Of a stretch of DNA of 47,559 nt, positions 1 to 12,492 are shown piece by piece. Made by a program: the position numbers and the translations under genes. Source of the stretch: Chiloscyllium plagiosum (Eukaryota); NCBI RefSeq assembly GCF_004010195.1, contig NC_057718.1:51541941-51589499 (forward strand). The letters run 5' to 3'. Within the stretch, counting starts at the first letter, position 1. Every line of letters begins with the position of its first letter. The notes beneath the pieces are model-generated. The model saw nothing but the letters and a program-made list of their open reading frames with translations. It did no database searches and had not been told where the DNA came from.

Positions 1-925
1 CACTAGCATTCATATCCGGACGATCATTACCTGCCATTTCTACCATCTCCAGTGCAATACAATCACCAGACACATATTCCCCTCCTCTCCATTGTCAGCC
101 TTCCACAAGGACTGTTCCCTCAGGGACATCTTGGTCCACTTCTGCCTCACTGCCAACATCTGCCTACACCTCTGCGGCACCTTCACACGCAATTGCAGAA
201 GGTGTTACACCTGCCTGTTTACTTCCTCTCTCCTCATTATCTAACTACCCACTTCATGGTGAAGTAGCAATTTACCTGCACTTCATTCAACCGAATCTCC
301 TGTATTCGCTCCTCACAATGTGGTCTCCTCTACAATGGGGAGACGAAGTGTAGACTGGGCCACTACTTTGCAAAACACGTATGTTCTGTCTGCTAAAATG
401 ACCCTGAGCACCCAGTTGCCTGACATTTCAACACACCACCTTGTTCCCTGGCCAACATCTCTGTTTGAACTTGCTGCAGTGCTCCTGCGAAGCTCAGTGC
501 AAGCTGGAAGAACCCCGTTTCATTTTCCGCTTGGGTACTCTGCAGCCTTCTGGACTTAATATCGCATTCAGCAACTTGAGGGCTTGGGCATCTTACCCCA
601 ACTCTCACACAGCAGGCCTTGTCACCACATGGTATGCCACCACAAACAATTCACTGGATTGGACCCCTTGAGCAAGTATTGATTCTCCCAGACTTTCCTT
701 TGTCTGCCCAATGGTTTTCTCCCCGCTCTGGGCTCCATCTCCACATATTGTTTACTTCTCCAACTCCTGATATCCAGTCCATCTTCAGCATATGTATCAA
801 TCTTTTCTTAGCTGCAACCTGTTCTGAAGAAGGGGCGACAGACTCCAAAACACTATTGCTGCTTTCTCTCCACAGATGCTGCACAGTGGCCTGCTCAGTT
901 TTAACAGCAATTTCTGTTTCTGTTA
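1..925 (+). mobile_element. Penelope-like element, degraded 3' part (GIY-YIG endonuclease + terminal repeat)
   Basis: From ~271 reads FTCTSFNRISCIRSSQCGLLYNGETKCRLGHYFAKH, and ORF 441..671 has EAQCKLEEPRFIFRLGTLQPSGLNIAFSN, both typical of the PLE GIY-YIG C-terminus. Terminus at 824-925 has a decayed CTGAAGA...AAAAC hammerhead-like core. Frameshifted. Confidence 0.88.
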
Positions 926-1689
926 CGAAGAGGTCACGTTCTTATGTATGCTTTCCGTCCTTCTGCAAAGTTGGAACTGATCCTTGAGATTTTCAGGGAG
1001 CTATCTGGCCAGGTAAAGCAACCAGCATCTAAGTGTGTGCATGCTGTCAGCAACCTTGAGGACGTTGCCCCATTGTGGTCCTTATCTGAGTTGTCTACAG
1101 CAGAACTCATCTGCAGCTGCAGTCACCATGGCACTGGCAAATGAACCACCTTTCACTATGTTACCTTGGATTTACAAATAGAAAATGTGACTGTTCAAAT
1201 TTAGTACTTTGATGAAGAGAAAGGAACTCTTTGTAGCACTGATATATTTTTTGAACTTTTGGTAATGGAATAACATCGCTGTCCAGATAACTTTATATGT
1301 GCGAGACAGTTTCTGATATACACTTGAATGCCTCAACATATATTTGAAACTGCTTTTGTAAAAAATCAGGAGGTGAAATTTTGTTGGGATTCTCCAACTC
1401 ACCCTCTGTAATACTAGTAAAGAAATCTAAGGAACTCCAGAAAAGGTTTTGTGAATAGCAAGAAAACGTCCCTGCTCCAATGCCGTGCCTGTTTTCATCG
1501 CTGTCCCCCTCCACCCCATATCATTCATCCATGCAAACACATTCCTTCCATCTGACGGGCATAAACTTTTGTTTTGTCGTGCCTGTCTTACATCCATAGA
1601 AGACATCCAGAGATTGAGCCCTCGCGGGGAAAGCCCAGTGTAAAGTGACTGCAGGCCCATGGCCAAAGAAGGATTGTAATTTGGAACTT

Positions 1690-1900
1690 TTAATTTTATT
1701 TCTTATTTATTACTTAGTCCTGACAAGAACTGTTATGTTGAACTTTAAACTTATTTCTTCATTTTTCTACTTTTTAACCTAAGATTCCATACCTAGATAC
1801 CTTGTACCTAAGATGGCACCATGAATGGCTTTTCACTGAACTCCTGTATCCCTATACTTGAGTATATGTGACAATAAAACCTAATTCTAATTCTAATTCC
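1690..1900 (+). mobile_element. 3' tail of a non-LTR element (Rex1/Babar-like tail or a SINE sharing it)
   Basis: Ends in cttttcactg...tatgtgacaataaa followed by (ctaatt)n repeats, resembling fish and shark Rex1-type tails. Family is recalled, not verified. Confidence 0.45.
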
Positions 1901-2066
1901 AGGAGCTCAACTAAGGAAAAAAATACTGACCAGGAGTTATCATTAGTCCCTCATTCAATTCAAAGCACAATCTCTCGTTTTCCGACTGATGTCACTCCCT
2001 TTCGCCTTACCTAACCTGATCTCCTCATCTTGACTCTTCTATGCCCCATCTTTTCCTTGAGTTTGG

Positions 2067-2357
2067 TTAGATTCCCTTCACTATGGCCCAATAAGTCCAA
2101 CCAACCGTCCAAAGAGTAACCTACTTAGACCCATTCCCCTACCCTATATTTACCCCCGACTGTGGGCAATTTCTCACAGCCAATTCACCTAACCTGCACA
2201 TCTTTGGATTATGGGAGGACACTGGTGCACCTGGAAGAAACCCACACAGACACAGGGAGAATGTGCAAACTCCACACAGACAGTCACCTGAGGCAGGAAT
2301 TTAACCTGGGTCCCTGGTGCTGTGAGGCAGCAGTGGTAACCTCTGAGCCACCATCCC
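2067..2357 (-). mobile_element. HE1-type V-SINE
   Basis: Reverse-strand homolog of the copy at 40901: tRNA-like head, V-domain (tgtggagtttgcacattctccctgtgtctg) and CR1-like tail. Confidence 0.92.
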
Positions 2358-2519
2358 ACTCCAGCCATTGTGCTGTTAAGTCAGGATCAACATTGACACT
2401 CTATCCCGAACATTCATTCAACAAAACCAAAGAATACTGAAAAAGGTAAAGAATAACTGCTGAAGTATATTTTCCATCTACTTTCATACAGTTAGCCTGG
2501 AGGCAGTTCTAGATGATGA

Positions 2520-2645
2520 GTACTAAAATCAACGCTAACATTCCAGTGTTGTCCTGAGGGAGTGCTACACTATTAAACATGCTGTATTTTGGTTGAGAGA
2601 TGGAACTGAGGTCCCCGTCAGGTTCACATAAAAGATTCCTGATCC
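2520..2645 (+). mobile_element. DeuSINE (SacSINE1/AmnSINE1-like), 5' fragment
   Basis: gctaacattccagtgttgtcctgaggggagtgctacact...gagagatggaactgaggtccccgtc...aaaagattcc matches the Deu-domain pattern. The element resumes at 5302. Confidence 0.75.
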
Positions 2646-5301
2646 AATAATGATAAGAAAGTTAGCATTAAGGCACTTTACCTGAATGCTCGTAGCATTC
2701 GTAACAAAGCAGATGAACTAATGGCACAGATCATCGTGAATGATTATGATGTGGTAGGCATCACAGGACTGGCAGTTAAACATCCAAGGGTTTTCAACTT
2801 ATAGAAAAGACAGGGAGGTGGGCAGAGGGGGTGGGGTTGCTTGTTAGTTAAGAACAAAATTAAATCTATGGCACTGAATGACATAGCGTCGGATGATGTG
2901 GAGTCTGTGTGGGTGGAATTGAGGAACCACAAAGGCAAAAAAACCATAATGGGAGTTATGTACAGACTTCCCAACAGTGATCAGGACCAAGGGCGCAACA
3001 TGTACCGGGAAATAGAGAAGGCATGTCAGAAAGGCAAGGTCACGGTGATCATGGGAGACTTCAATATGCAGGTGGACTGGGTAAATAATGTTGCCAGTGG
3101 ATCCAAAGAAAGGGAATTCATGGAATGCTTACAGGATGGCTTTTTGGAACAGCTTGTCATGGAGCCCACAAGGGAGCAGGCTATTCTGGACCTAGTGCTA
3201 TGTAATGAACCAGACTTTATAAAAAATCTTAAAGTAAGGGAACACTTAGGAAGCAGCGATCATAATATGGTAGAGTTCAGTCTGCAGTTTGAAAGAGAGA
3301 TTGCAAAATTGGACGTAATGGTGTTACAGTTAAATAAAGATAATTATGAGGGCATGAGAGAGGAACTGACGAAAATAGACTGGAAGCAGAGCCTAGCAGG
3401 GAAGACAGTAGAGCAAAAATGGCAGGAGTTTGTGGGTATAATTGAGGACACTGTACAGAGGTTCATCCCCAAGAAAAGAAAGATTATCCAGGGAGGGATT
3501 AGACAGCAATGGCTGACAAAGGAAGTCAGGAAATGTATTAAAGAAAAAGAGAGATCCTGTAAAGTGGCCAAGAGCAGTGGGAAATCAGAAGATTGGGAAG
3601 GCGACAAAAACAAACAGAGGATAACAAAGAGAGAAATAAGGAAGGAGAGGATCAAATATGAAGGTGTGCTAGCCAGTAATATTAGAAATGATAGTAGAAG
3701 TTTCTTTCAATACATAAGAAACAAACGACAGGCAAAAGTAGACATTGGGCCACTTCAAACTGATGCTGGAAGCCTAGTGATGGGACATAACAGGAGAACT
3801 TAACAAGTACTTTGCATCAGTCTTCACAGTGGAAGACATGAGTAATATCCCAACAATTAAAGGGAGCCAGGGGGCTGAGTTTAGTATGGTTGCCATTACA
3901 AAAGAGAAAGTGCTAGAAAAGCTAAAAGGTCTTAAAATTGATAAATCTCCTGGCCCCGATGGGATACATCCTAAAGTTCTGAGGGAGGTGGCTGAGGAAA
4001 TAGCGGAGGTGTTGGTTGAGATCTTTCAAAAGTCACTGGAGTCAGGGAAAGTCCCGGATGATTGGAAGATCGCTGTTGTAACCCCCTTGTTCAAAAAAGG
4101 ATCTAGACAAAAGATGGAAAATTATAGGCCAATTAGCCTAACCTCGGTTGTTGGTAAAATTCTAGAATCCATCATTAAGGATGAGGTTTCTAAATTCTTG
4201 GAAGAACAGAGTCGGATTAGAACAAGTCAACATGGATTTAGAAAGGGAGGTCATGCCTGACAAACCTATTGGAATTCTTTGAAGAGGTGACAAGTAGGTT
4301 AGACCAGGGAAACCCAGTGGATGTGGTCTACCTAGACTTCCAAAAGGCCTTTGATAACATATCACATGGGAGGCTGCTGAGCAAGGTGAGGGCCCATGGT
4401 GTTCGAGATGAGCTACTGGTATGGATTGAGGATTGGCTGTCTGACAGAAAGCAGAGNNNNNNNNNNNNNNNNNNNNNNNNNNNNNNNNNNNNNNNNNNNN
4501 NNNNNNNNNNNNNNNNNNNNNNNNNNNNNNNNNNNNNNNNNNNNNNNNNNNNNNNNNNNNNNNNNNNNNNNNNNNNNNNNNNNNNNNNNNNNNNNNNNNN
4601 NNNNNNNNNNNNNNNNNNNNNNNNNNNNNNNNNNNNNNNNNNNNNNNNNNNNNNNNNNNNNNNNNNNNNNNNNNNNNNNNNNNNNNNNNNNNNNNNNNNN
4701 NNNNNNNNNNNNNNNNNNNNNNNNNNNNNNNNNNNNNNNNNNNNNNNNNNNNNNNNNNNNNNNNNNNNNNNNNNNNNNNNNNNNNNNNNNNNNNNNNNNN
4801 NNNNNNNNNNNNNNNNNNNNNNNNNNNNNNNNNNNNNNNNNNNNNNNNNNNNNNNNNNNNNNNNNNNNNNNNNNNNNNNNNNNNNNNNNNNNNNNNNNNN
4901 NNNNNNNNNNNNNNNNNNNNNNNNNNNNNNNNNNNNNNNNNNNNNNNNNNNNNNNNNNNNNNNNNNNNNNNNNNNNNNNNNNNNNNNNNNNNNNNNNNNN
5001 NNNNNNNNNNNNNNNNNNNNNNNNNNNNNNNNNNNNNNNNNNNNNNNNNNNNNNNNNNNNNNNNNNNNNNNNNNNNNNNNNNNNNNNNNNNNNNNNNNNN
5101 NNNNNNNNNNNNNNNNNNNNNNNNNNNNNNNNNNNNNNNNNNGGCAGAGGTTGATAAATTCTTGATGTCACAAGGAATTAAGGGCTATGGGGAGAATGCG
5201 GGTAAGTGGAGTTGAAATGCCCATCAGCCATGATTGAATGGCGGAGTGGACTCGATGGGCCAAATGGCCTTACTTCCTCTCCTATGTCTTATGGTCTTAT
5301 G
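2646..5301 (+). mobile_element. CR1 LINE, ORF2 (APE endonuclease + reverse transcriptase) and 3' tail, ORF1 missing
   Basis: LYLNARSIRNK at ~2676, IMGDFN, AILDLVL and GSSDHNMV (APE). KSPGPDGIHP, NYRPISLTS, SQHGF and VYLDFQKAFD (RT). Tail ends ctatgtcttatggtcttatgg. A few frameshifts; contains an N gap. Confidence 0.97.
4457..5142. other. Assembly gap (N run)
   Basis: Run of N inside the CR1 RT region. Confidence 1.
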
Positions 5302-5508
5302 GACAATATTTTAGAGATGAGCTTTGGTGGGGGGTTGCTTTCCCTGTTGCCCTTCTCAGCATTAAGCCCTTAATCAATATGACAATAACAGATTATTTGG
5401 TCATTCAGAGATTGAACAAAGCTTAGCTGCCATGTTTCTTATATTCCAAAAAAAAATTAATTGACTATAAAACATTTTATAATGCATTGATGTCACTAAA
5501 TGCACTAT
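5302..5508 (+). mobile_element. DeuSINE, middle/3' fragment
   Basis: aacagattatttggtcatt...cttagctgccatgtttcttatatt...aaatgcactat continues the Deu-SINE pattern. The last piece (atgaatgc...ctttcttt) lies at ~6571-6602. Confidence 0.72.
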
Positions 5509-6570
5509 TGTTATGGATATTCAATTTTATGCATCATATGTTTCACGATTGTATCTTTCAGTTGACAAATTGGAAATTTTCATACGTAAGAAATGGAAAC
5601 CATTGGTTGTAAATTTAGTAAACAAAATCTCAGGAAATGCGCAACTCAATAGGTGGCTTATGTTTATATAATAAGGTATGAGGTGGAACAGGGAAGACAC
5701 TAAATAATGGATGACCCCTTCATCTTCTGGAGATGTCTATATCTGTCGCCATTAAGGATTATCCCAGCTCATAAGTCAGGTTTAAAGTTAGATAATATAA
5801 TCTTAAATCTTTAGGTCATCTAAAGCTATGGACCAAGTCCTGGAAAATGGGGTTAGAATAGTTAGGTGACTGTTTTTGAGCTGAAAGGTCTTTTTTCTGT
5901 GCAGTAGATTTCTATAACTCTATGGCTGTATTGTGAGCTTCCCAGGTGCAAAACATTCCGCAGGGATAGCTTGCAGGGAGACTATCTTGTTTTGGGTTTC
6001 TATATGTGTGATTTCTCTCAGAAACAGCGGCAAAAACTAAGAGCAGAAACAGCACAGATACAGGCAGCAAGTAAAAGGTGTCAGCACTCGATACTTGGAA
6101 GCAACTACAACCAGTTAGCAGAGGCTACAAGAAGTCGGATTGTTTTCTGATGTAAAGTCACTCTGTAAGAGTGAAATTAGACTCAATCTTGAGTTGGGGT
6201 GATCACAATCATGAAGTGCTTAAGGACAGTAGGAGGGCACCGAGCTGGTTGTTAGTAAAAAGATCCCAAGAAATCTCTTATTTTGAAGCGCAGCAAAGTG
6301 CCACATTTGGTTTTGTTACCAGGAGAACCATTAAAATCCTGTAAAGGATTAAAACTGCTCGGTTGGAAGTATTAGAAGAATGTAAAGTATTGCTTTGTTG
6401 AAACTTTTTGGCTTAAAGAATATATTTGTGAAATTAGTGTGGCTAGTACTATTTGCTTTGTTGATCTCTTGTGTAGTGAAGGTTTTTACTTAAAATGTGA
6501 AATTTTGACGCGTTTCTTTCTTTGAATTCCTTTCTATAAAAGTTACAGGTTCCCGACTGTAATCATAATA
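5509..6570 (+). mobile_element. Solo LTR (Gypsy/ERV-like)
   Basis: Starts TGTTATG and ends CATAATA (one mismatch from the inverted CATAACA). Flanked by ctat/ctgt (4-bp TSD, one mismatch). The interrupted DeuSINE rejoins across it. Confidence 0.65.
5790..5925 (+). mobile_element. CR1 3' tail fragment inside the LTR
   Basis: aagctatggaccaagtcctggaaaatggggttagaatag...gctgaaaggtc...ctataactctatg resembles the CR1 3' ends elsewhere in the window. Confidence 0.65.
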
Positions 6571-9500
6571 CTGTATGAATGCTCGCTGTTTAACTTTCTT
6601 TAATAAGATCATTCATCATTTAAAGTAGAAAACAACACAAAAAGCTTTATTTTAATTATTTTACATTAGAGAACTGCTTATACTGCAATGAACAGTTGAC
6701 AAATATATTTAAAATTTCCTACTTCCCAAATCTGATTTTTCACTATCATCTTCGCTCTTCCATTCCCTTCACATTTATCATATTTTAACATAAACTCATT
6801 AAAACCTTTCAATCATTTGTCTAGAATCCTACTGTATTGAAAATGCATCTTCCACTCTGCCTATTAAAACAGACACTTTAGAAGCTTTGGTAGATTGTGA
6901 TGACAGTGCAATTTGATCTATAAGGATCATGTTATTTTGCTAAGAGTATTTTTATCACACAAATGCTGGTAGTTTTAAACGAAGGCACAGGAGAAAGGAT
7001 GCCATCCTTTCATTGTTGGGTGTTCCCTTAAGCACAATGCTAGCTTTAAGTCAATTCTGTATGAATTCCAAGAGAATTCAATCTTACGTTGTTTAACTTG
7101 TTACCCAGAATACCTTAATCAAAGGCTTTGTTACCCATGCTGGATACATGGCAATTAGCTCTTTAATGTCAAGGTGCAAGCCAAAAGACTTCAAAATTTG
7201 GGTTAATACAGATGACAATTAAAAATCAAGTGATTATATAATAGGTTGCTGCATCAGCCTTAATTATACTGTTCAATCACTTTTTAATTTTACCACACGA
7301 TAGACCCTTAAAAATTGAGATAAAGATCACTAGAATGAGTCAGATATGTGCACTTTATTGTTTTGCTTATCCATTAGGTGATGAGAAGGCAGATTTGCAT
7401 TTGCATTCTGTTGTCTGTATTCATTTTGTCATACCTTCAATTTCATTATTACGATTAAATCCTTGTTTTGGATTTAGTTTATAATAGTTTTAATGCTTGA
7501 AAATCATGCCTAAAATAGAGAGGGAACAATTAAATAGCATTAAGGCAAACTGCTTTGTGAATATACCACGATTAATTATACTGCTGCAAGATTTGTCTGA
7601 ATTAGTTCATTCATTTAATTGTCGATGTTCATACTGTTTGTGACCACAATTGTTTTTTTTAAAATATTTGATACAATGTTCACATTAACTATTACTACTT
7701 AAAATGACAAATAAAACATGTAACTGAAACCTTCCTTGAGGATTCAGCCAGTAAAAGCGTACTGCCTTCATTATGAATATTCATATAACCATTAATTTTA
7801 AAATTAAAGCACCATTGGAATTTTAAAGTAAACCCTTTTGCGGCACAAGAATTCTAAATTATAAGAAAAAGTCAATGCTACCACCATTTGTTCACATCAG
7901 TGAAACAAAATGTTTTGAATTTGAATGCGTGCAAAGATAAAGCAAGAGAAATGTACACATATAAAGAAAAGCAGATATAAAGCCTATTTGCTCATTTGAA
8001 TTGGCTTTTTTGTTTTAGTTGAATCAGAAAACATCCAAACCAATTGAGTAAAGTAAGCAAGTGAAAAGGTTGTTTGAGAAAGAGTGTGGAGAGTAATTGA
8101 ATAAGAATTGAGAAAAAGAGAATGAATTGGGAGGAAGCAACATCAATGAAAGAGTAAACAACCAGGCAGGTATCTTGAGTAATCCGACATTGTCTTCAAG
8201 ATAAATAAAAGGAAAGAATGTTAAAAGTAGGGATGGAATGAGAAAAAAAGATTCATGCTGAAGGGATTTCAGCAATGGAATTTTCCCATCCTGAATTAGA
8301 GTTGGGATGGCAACTGAAATGTTTGTGGCACAGACAAATACTCACCTCCTTTTATTTTCCTCCACAAGTTTCCTGAAGACTGGAGAAAGTGTGACCTCCG
8401 AACAGTCCTGCTCTTGTTAACAATATCATTTACATCATAGGGGATTAATTAAAAGATGTTTATCAAGCAGCACTTGATTATCGGTAACCTGCACGCTCAG
8501 TTTGGGCTCTGCCAGGGCCGCACAGGTCCTCATCTCTTTGCAGCCTTGTTTCAAAGATGGATCAAAGAGTGAAACTCCAGAGTTGAGGTATGAGTGAGTG
8601 ACCTTGACATCAAGGCCACAATTGATCAAGTGAGCCATCAAGCTATCTAGCCCTTGTTAAGCTAGAGTAAATGGGAATCGGGGGAAACCCTCCTTCGTTA
8701 GAGTCACACCTGGCACAAAAGAGAATGATTGTGGCTGGAGGTCAGTCAACTCAACATTTGATATCTCTGCAGGAGTTCCTCATGGGAGTGTCCTTGGCCC
8801 AACCACTTTCAGCTGCTTCATCAATGACTTTCCTTCCATCAAAATATCAGAAGTGGGATGTTTACTGATGATGACATAATTTTCAGCACCATGTGCCACT
8901 CAGTCTGGGTGGACAAGTGATGAGGACCATTCATGTCATACAATTGCCAGACTATGACGATATCCAACAATTGAAAACATAACCATTGCCCCTGGACATT
9001 CAATGGAAATATCATCACTGAAACTCCCAGTGTCAAAATTCTGGAGATTACTATTGACCAGAAACTGACTAGACTCGCAACATAAATACCTACAAGCACT
9101 TGTTAGAGGATAGGAATCCTACAGCGAGTAACTCATTTCTTGACTTGCCAAAGCCTGTCAATCATCTACAAGGCAGAAGCCAGAAGTGTGATGAAATACT
9201 CCCCACTTTCCTGGACAAGTGGACTTCAGCAACACTCAAAAAGCTTGACACCATTGAGGAAAAAGCAGCCTGCTGGTTGGCAGCATAACTACAAACCAAA
9301 GGAGTAGCCATGGGCACCCGCATGGGCCCCAGCTATGCCTGCCTCTTCATAGGATATGTGGAACAGTCCATCTTCCGCAGCTACACTGGCACCACCCCCA
9401 CCTTTTCCTCCGCTACATCGACGATTGTATCGGCGCTGCCTCCTGCTCCCATGAGGAGGTTGAACAGTTCATCCACTTTACCAACACCTTCCATCCCGAC

Positions 9501-9776
9501 CTCAAATTTACCTGGACCATCTCAGACTCCTCCCTCCCTTTCCTAGGCCTCTCCATTTCTATCTCAGGCGACCGAATCATCACGGACATTTACTATAAAC
9601 CGACCGACTCCCACAGCTACCTAGACTACACCTCCTCCCACCCTGCCCCCTGTAAAAACGCCATCCCATATTCCCAATTCCTTCGTCTCCGTCGCATCTG
9701 CTCCCAGGAGGATCAGTTCCAATACTGAACAACCCAGATGGCCTCCTTCTTCAAAGACCGCAATTTTCCCCAGACA

Positions 9777-9962
9777 NNNNNNNNNNNNNNNNNNNNNNNN
9801 NNNNNNNNNNNNNNNNNNNNNNNNNNNNNNNNNNNNNNNNNNNNNNNNNNNNNNNNNNNNNNNNNNNNNNNNNNNNNNNNNNNNNNNNNNNNNNNNNNNN
9901 NNNNNNNNNNNNNNNNNNNNNNNNNNNNNNNNNNNNNNNNNNNNNNNNNNNNNNNNNNNNNN
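9777..9962. other. Assembly gap (N run)
   Basis: Run of N inside the PLE. Confidence 1.
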
Positions 9963-10435
9963 ATTGGGGAGACAGGCCGCCTACTTGCGGAACGTTTCAG
10001 AGAACACCTCTGGGACACCCGGACCAACCAACCCAATCACCCCGTGGCTCAACACTTCAACTCCCCCTCCCACTCCACCAAGGACATGCAGGTCCTTGGC
10101 CTCCTCCATCGCCAGACCATAGCAACACGATGGCTGGAGGAAGAGCACCTCATCTTCCGCCTAGGAACCCTCCAACCACAAGGGATCAATCAGATTTCTC
10201 CAGTTTCCTCATTTCTCCTTCCCCCACCTTGTCTCACTCCCAACCCTCAAACTCAGCACCACCTTCCTACCTGCAATCTTCTTGCTGACCTCTTCGCCCC
10301 CACCCCCACTCCGGCCTACCACCCTCACCTTATAACCCTCACCTTAACCTCCTTTCACCTATCGCATTTCCAACGCCCCTCCCCCCAATCTCTCCTCCCG
10401 ACCTTTTATCTTAGCCTGCTTGGCACACTTTCATT

Positions 10436-10472
10436 ATTCCTGAAGAAGGGCTCATGCCCGAAACGTCAATTC
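10436..10472 (+). ncRNA. Minimal type I hammerhead ribozyme motif in the PLE terminus
   Basis: CTGAAGA (10440-10446), extra A, GGGC-TCAT-GCCC stem II, GAAA (10460-10463), CGTC. Stem III is reduced to the palindrome ACGT and stem I is very weak. Confidence 0.75.
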
Positions 10473-12492
10473 TTCTGCTCCTGGGATGCTGCCTGACCTG
10501 CTGCACTTTTCCAGCAACACATTTTCAGCATAACTACACTCTCCACCACTGAAAAACTGGAATAACATTATGTACCAGCTCAAAGGTGCTCTTCAAAAAT
10601 TTACCAAAGAATTACAGACAACAACTTCCAAACCCATAACCATCAAGAAAGAACAGGGTAATAGAAACATAGGAAGACCACCACTGCAAGGTCCTCTCCA
10701 ACTCCTCTCAATCCAGATTTCAGAATATGTCATCTTTCCTCCTGTTCTGGTCAAATCCTGGAACTTCCCTCTAATAGCCTTGTGGGTGTGCTTATTCCTA
10801 TGCCAAATGGCTTGCAATAGCACAAGAAGGCAAATCACCATCACTTTCTCAAGGGCATTTAGAGATGGCAATAAACTGTGACCCGGACACCAAAGCCCAC
10901 ACTATCCTGAATGATTAACAAAATAAATAAAATGTTATATCCTGGGAACTAACCGATGCAGTCAAATGTGAACATCACTAGTGTTCAATATGGAAGAATG
11001 CAAAACATAAACATTGAATAATGAACAATGCATCTAGAAACTTGCCCATTTTACAAACCTGTTCAATTTAATGGTAACTTACTCTTTAAGAACAAAATCC
11101 TATAATTACTCGCCATAATAAAACTACACTTCACCAAACATATGAAGGTGTCTACAACTGTCAACCTTACCTGCTACATCATTCCTGACTCTAGACTTGG
11201 GTCCCACATGGTTTATGGCATCTTTCAACAATCATGAACTACACCTTATTCAGAAACTAGCACAATTCCATGAAAATAATGAGGGTCTAAAAATAGTAAG
11301 GGTCTAAACTGCCTACCCGCACACTGGAGCAGGACATGCTGCATGCTTGCTCACAACTTGCCCATTCCCACACTAATCAAAATAGCCAGTGAGAAGGATA
11401 AGTTCAGACTTTTGTCTATGGAATATGTTCATCTCTGTTTCCATCCTTGAAATAGGTGTTTGCTTTTTTGCTGCATCTCTCAGATTTTACTGTAGGTAGG
11501 GGCTAGATCCTAAACCCACTTCATATCAGGTAATGAATGCCAAGACCGTTAGATTCCGTATTTTAGAAGATTCTGCTTTTCAGATTCAGTCAGTGCCCAA
11601 TGCAGTAATGTGATTATTCCCCCTATTTTATCTTCCATCTGCATCCTGCTTGCTGCATTACCCAATCCTTTAATGACTGCCACACAGACACACATTAAAT
11701 ACCTCTGAGGTAACAGTGATCAATGCTGAGTTATGCGTGTTACAGTGATCTCCTCAAAATGAAAGGTCACAGTGTGGCTGAAGCTACAAAAGTGTCCTTC
11801 ACTGACAAAAGAATGATTCAGGAAAGAAGGCCAAAATAATAGCACCCTCCCCTTATTAGCAGCAAGCACTGGAAATGTGTCTGAGTTGAACTTTTCCCAT
11901 AGTAATGAAGTGCCCTTGAACCAACCCTCCAAGTTCTAATGGGATCAATGCTGGACAGTGTCAGTGCGCGCGATCAAAGCATAATCATTGGAATAATGTC
12001 ACGTAAAATTTGACCTCTCTCCTTTCAAGTGATTCTTCAATGTTTCAAATAGATTGTTTACACTTCAGTGACATTTGGACAAAAGAAGGCATTAAGTTGT
12101 TTTACTGCAGTCAGCAAGTCAAGATAAAAAGCAACATTTAAGACTTAGTCAGTAAAACTTGCCTTAACAAATTAGCATACACATTGTTAATGATCCCAAA
12201 TGATTGATGATAACAATGGACAAGTCAGTTCCCAGAACGAAGTATGGCTTGATAGATCATAAGATTTATTTTTGCAGGTTTGTTCCCATGGTCAGTCACC
12301 AAACATGGTCACTTGAGGTTGCCAACGTTCTTTAAAAAAAAACTACAAGTTTATTACACAAAAGAAGAAAAAAAAAACTATAGTTTGAAAGATCTTAAAA
12401 TAAGCAGGAAAAATGTGCATCTTTTTCCAAGCAATATCCTTTACAATCCCATCGAAGCTCAATGAAGTATCGCACCTATCCTAACTTGAATA

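Larger units (their letters stand above)
9294..10525 (+). mobile_element. 5'-truncated Penelope-like element (RT + GIY-YIG + terminal repeat)
   Basis: TKGVAMGTRMGPSYA, FLRYIDD (YIDD at 9414-9425), YYKPTDSHSYLDYTSSHP and IGETGRLLAERFREHL...HLIFRLGTLQPQGIN. Exact 13-bp TSD cagcataactaca at 9281-9293 and 10526-10538. Confidence 0.96.
8450..10930 (+). mobile_element. Old CR1/L2-group LINE RT and 3' end, interrupted by a PLE at 9294-10525
   Basis: Decayed RT motifs: AQFG, LDIKA.ID, GVPHGSVLGPTTFSCFINDFP and MFTDD. KKLDTIEEKAAC lies before the PLE. The tail agggcatttagagatggcaataaa... and an A-rich end follow it. Confidence 0.8.

Noticed and set aside
4269..5171. Long ORFs of 250-300 aa across the first gap, and similar ones at 9713-10496
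   Set aside because: Their length comes from N runs translated as X; the flanking parts are CR1 or PLE sequence.
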